Source: Lingula anatina (taxonomy: Eukaryota > Animalia > Brachiopoda). From it: a stretch of 64,000 nt of DNA. Made by a program: the position numbers and the translations under genes. Below, in pieces: positions 60,801 to 64,000 of this stretch (positions are counted from its first letter, which is position 1; every line of letters starts with the position of its first letter). The stretch covers positions 744,001 through 808,000 of the forward strand of contig CM120646.1 of the NCBI GenBank assembly GCA_051362555.1, in the 5' to 3' direction. The notes beneath the pieces were generated by a model. That model made no database searches, had not been told where the DNA came from, and saw only the letters and a list, made by a program, of their open reading frames with translations.

Positions 60801-63717
60801 ATAACTTCGTTTTGGCCAAAAAATGAATTTTCCTGGAGTAAACAACAATTTTCCCATTCTTACCAATGGTTGAATCCATTTTTACATTCAAAGCTAGTCC
60901 CTGGTTTTTTTCTAAAAAGTTTGGTTTTTTTGTTAAAATCTCTTAAGAGATTATAACAGAGTACAGCCATCAATGGAGGTCACGTGGTCTGAAGACAAGC
61001 TCATATATCAGAATAATAGCTATAACTGCCGTTTTTGTGGTAAAACAATATATTATATTTCTATATTTCACAATGTTTTTATTGTGAAATATTGATATCA
61101 TATGAAGAGTTATTATCCCTTTAAGTAGCACGCTACCGTAACATCTGTAAGTCAGTAAAATAGTAACTCAAGGGACCTTTCCCATTGATACATCTGCCTA
61201 CGTAGATCGGCCCAACTCTGCGGGGACTCTCGCCAAGTGCAATCAGCTTAACAGATTAACACGTCTCCACCTGGCGTTAAGTAGAGTACAGAAAAGCTGA
61301 AGATTACACGAACACGGTGGAAAAAGAGAAGGTGTTGCATTCAGTTAAGCTGATTGCACTTAGCAGGAGATCCCGACGTAGTTGGGTCGATTCACGTAGA
61401 CCGATGAGTCTATGAGAATCGGGTCTTAATTGAACGACAGTTATGCGCGTATTATTACCACATTTTTTATTTTAAATTCACCACGTTAACGTGCATGTGA
61501 ATCAAGCTGCAAGGAGGAGTATAATTACCCTAGCTTCGTTACTGAATTGGACCAGACCAAACCGACTGCCGTCTTCTCCTATAGCCAGAGAGCTCATGGT
61601 CATTTTGACGAACGCTTTCAGCAGATCGAAATTGGCCTGTTTCACGCTTCCACTGCCGTCCAGCACGAAGACCACGTCTACTTTAGGTTGACACACTGAA
61701 AACATTCAGGTTAAATTTGTTACTCATTCAATGAATGGGGGTATTGTGTGGCAGCCCAGAGGTCAAGGTTAGAGGGTCCAGGGTTAAGGTCAGAGACGGA
61801 GAAGTTAAATATTAAAAACCAAGTCGGCACGCACTGGCCACACGGTATTTAGGACAGAAAATTATTCGTAGGCTTCACTGCTATCGCTGGTCATTGGAAC
61901 GTTACTGCTGGATCTTGAATAACATATCTTTCAAAACTAGACTTCGGATTTTCTTTTATCAGGACATAACTTATTAAAAACATTTTAGCATATAACACCC
62001 CAAAATGACACCGATAATACCGCACACGATAAAATTATTTTTATTGTACAGTTTCTTAACCGCTTACCTAAACAAGGGTAAACCTGCTCTTCGACTCCGT
62101 ATCCACCGCAGCTACTTTTCTGATAATACCGAGTTCTTGTTTTCATGTTGGTGGCGGTGCACTCCGACCATTCGCTCCAAGGGAAAACGTCATTAACGCA
62201 CGCCACCTGCATCTGAAAACCGACGTTATTTCCGGCAGTGATGTTCCTATCCGGAGTGCACGTGCCTGCAACGTTGTCGATGATAGCGACGGGCTGAACT
62301 TGTGAAGGGTCACTGAATAATGAAGAACAGTTTCTGTTGTCAATATACGTCCATTCGATCGTATCATCTAAATCTTTAAACACCGATCTTTCATATTTGT
62401 TGAGCAAGATGTCAAACCTTGCAGCAGTCGAAGCTTTACTTTGCAACTATGTCGAAACATAACATACGTGGTACTCTTTTCAAATGAAAATTAAACATTT
62501 TATTGCAAACAAACCCCTTTTCTACATTATGAACTCTAGCATTCACAAGAATTAATTTCAGGACCAGTTTTAAAATCTCTCCGCAGCGTATTTGACTGAT
62601 GTGAAGCACACCAGAAATAACGTAAATCTTGTTTCACGTACGCTTGTTTTCACAACTTACGTAGAATAGATGGAGCATCCAACAATCTTGGGAGCAATAA
62701 AGTGATCAGGACAGCCGATAGAGGGCAGCAGCTTATCCTGCGGGTCGGTGCCATTCACTCTATCGCTGTATTCTGCATAAGTGTATTCATTCGTGTCACA
62801 TCTTTCCAAACACGTGATAACAGCCTGAATGGCAATGAAGTACAATTGTAAAGGTAACGTAATGAATACTTGCAAGATCGAGCTTTTATAAGTTCATTTT
62901 TCAATATATTATTCATAATATTGAGTATAACAATCCTCTGTTTTAACTCCGTCGCGGTACCAAGGTTTAAGTGCGGATTTGTCTACAAGCGGCACAGCGA
63001 AATGCCTTCTTCAACAAGGTTCAACAGAAGATGGACTTAGGGTTTGAGTTTGAAAAAATCGCTACGAACGAGAGGCAGGAAGTGAAAGAGTTGGAGGCAA
63101 AGAAAACATACAAGTGTATAACTTACTTGGATTCGTGGAGTACCTATAGTTTGTGTGCTTGTAGCAATACAAAAGACAACGCCTGGATTGTTGGAATCGA
63201 ACTTGAGCTGCGCCTTACACTGGCCTGGAGCCATCAGATTGATACATTCGCAGCTTGATGTGAAGGTAGTCGCTGGACACGAAGTGAAACTTACGCTATT
63301 GACTGCTCCGACACTGACTAAAAATATCAACAGTTGAGACAGAAGTGAGAGGTAGCCAATGAATACGAACAGTTCTTAAGTAGATTCCTTTCTGTAATCA
63401 AGAAATGGTACCGGTAGTTACGTTGGTTTTATATATTCACTTTTAAATATTCACTTGCATAGATGCGAAAAATGATCACTTTAAATTTATTAGAGTTAGA
63501 ATAATATTAAACAGTTTAAGAAAAAAAAATTTCATCAGATAAAGCAATATCAAAGAGGGTAATGATTCAAGTTATTACCAAAACTTCCGTCACAGTTTTG
63601 CTTTATGCCGCTGATCACGACGCCCGGCATAGAGGCAGTAGATACCATTCGAATCATCCTCTCTGTGACGCCAATGCAAGTCCCGGTCCCATATGTAAAG
63701 GCAGCGCATCTTAATAT
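57837..63717 (-). CDS. Secreted mosaic protein B, tandem paralogue of A (5'-partial; 12 exons, ~642 aa in window)
   Basis: Exons 63717-63579, 63317-63127, 62824-62661, 62312-62068, 61695-61529, 60735-60623, 60381-60267, 59965-59776, 59499-59347, 59031-58943, 58563-58389, 58024-57837; same intron phases as A and identical lengths for several exons (167, 113, 115, 89). DVVFVLDGSGS, LLTDG, WTAWGTCSATCGGGTQSRTRRC, LHVLFECC. Confidence 0.87.
60794..61120. mobile_element. TTAA-target MITE (Kolobok-like termini) in an intron of gene B
   Basis: TTAA on both sides (60790-60793, 61121-61124); 13-bp TIR agggataataact / agttattatccct. Confidence 0.8.
61170..61429. mobile_element. Palindromic MITE-like element, termini related to the 52401-52662 element
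   Basis: agggacctttccca...gagaatcgggtctt termini; aagtgcaatcagcttaac / gttaagctgattgcactt inverted arms. Confidence 0.7.
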
Positions 63718-64000
63718 CTGAAAATAAAATAAAATCACATTGCTGTTCGACCACGTCTGTTCATTTGTGTGCGTGTCTGCATAGAGGGTGTTAAACAATC
63801 CCGTTACTTGTAGCACGTTGCTTCGCCTTATCTAGGCTGACATACAACGATGACTTCAGGTGCATTTTACACCCCAAAATCCCTTTCACACCAATATAGC
63901 TTAGCTTGGAAATCCAAACTAAACGCCTAAATGTTAAGTATTCGAAAAATAAAAATATTTTAACGCACAAGATTGAAATAAAGAAGAACCGGGCACGGGG

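Noticed and set aside
1-64000. tRNA, rRNA or autonomous Helentron/transposase genes
   Set aside because: None recognisable by eye; a covariance-model scan would be needed to exclude small ncRNAs

Overview
AT-rich, intron-containing animal genomic DNA, probably a marine invertebrate (taxon not determinable). (1) 145-33723 (+): the 3' part (26 exons, ~1326 aa, 5' end outside window) of an axonemal outer-arm dynein heavy chain (DNAH5/DNAH8-like). Its introns hold three families of Helentron-associated non-autonomous elements (HINE/DINE-1-like; two carry 146-bp or ~161-bp internal tandem arrays), nested TIR elements, and a full-length intact antisense LINE. The LINE ORF1 reads as HPD-less J(DnaJ)-like domain + coiled coil + SGNH esterase. 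One dynein 3' splice site is tandemly amplified six times. (2) ~35348-41991 (-): a convergent gene with a 5.5-kb exon encoding two C2H2-like fingers, clustered SUMO motifs, a long disordered region, RG repeats and an N/Q/G/W-rich tail. (3) 46997-54658 and 57837->63717 (-): two diverged tandem paralogues of a secreted mosaic protein (signal peptide, PAN/apple, two Cys-rich modules, TSP1, vWA, TSP1, SUEL-like lectin, His/basic tail). Gene models were built by hand from GT-AG sites and phase continuity; no database search was run.
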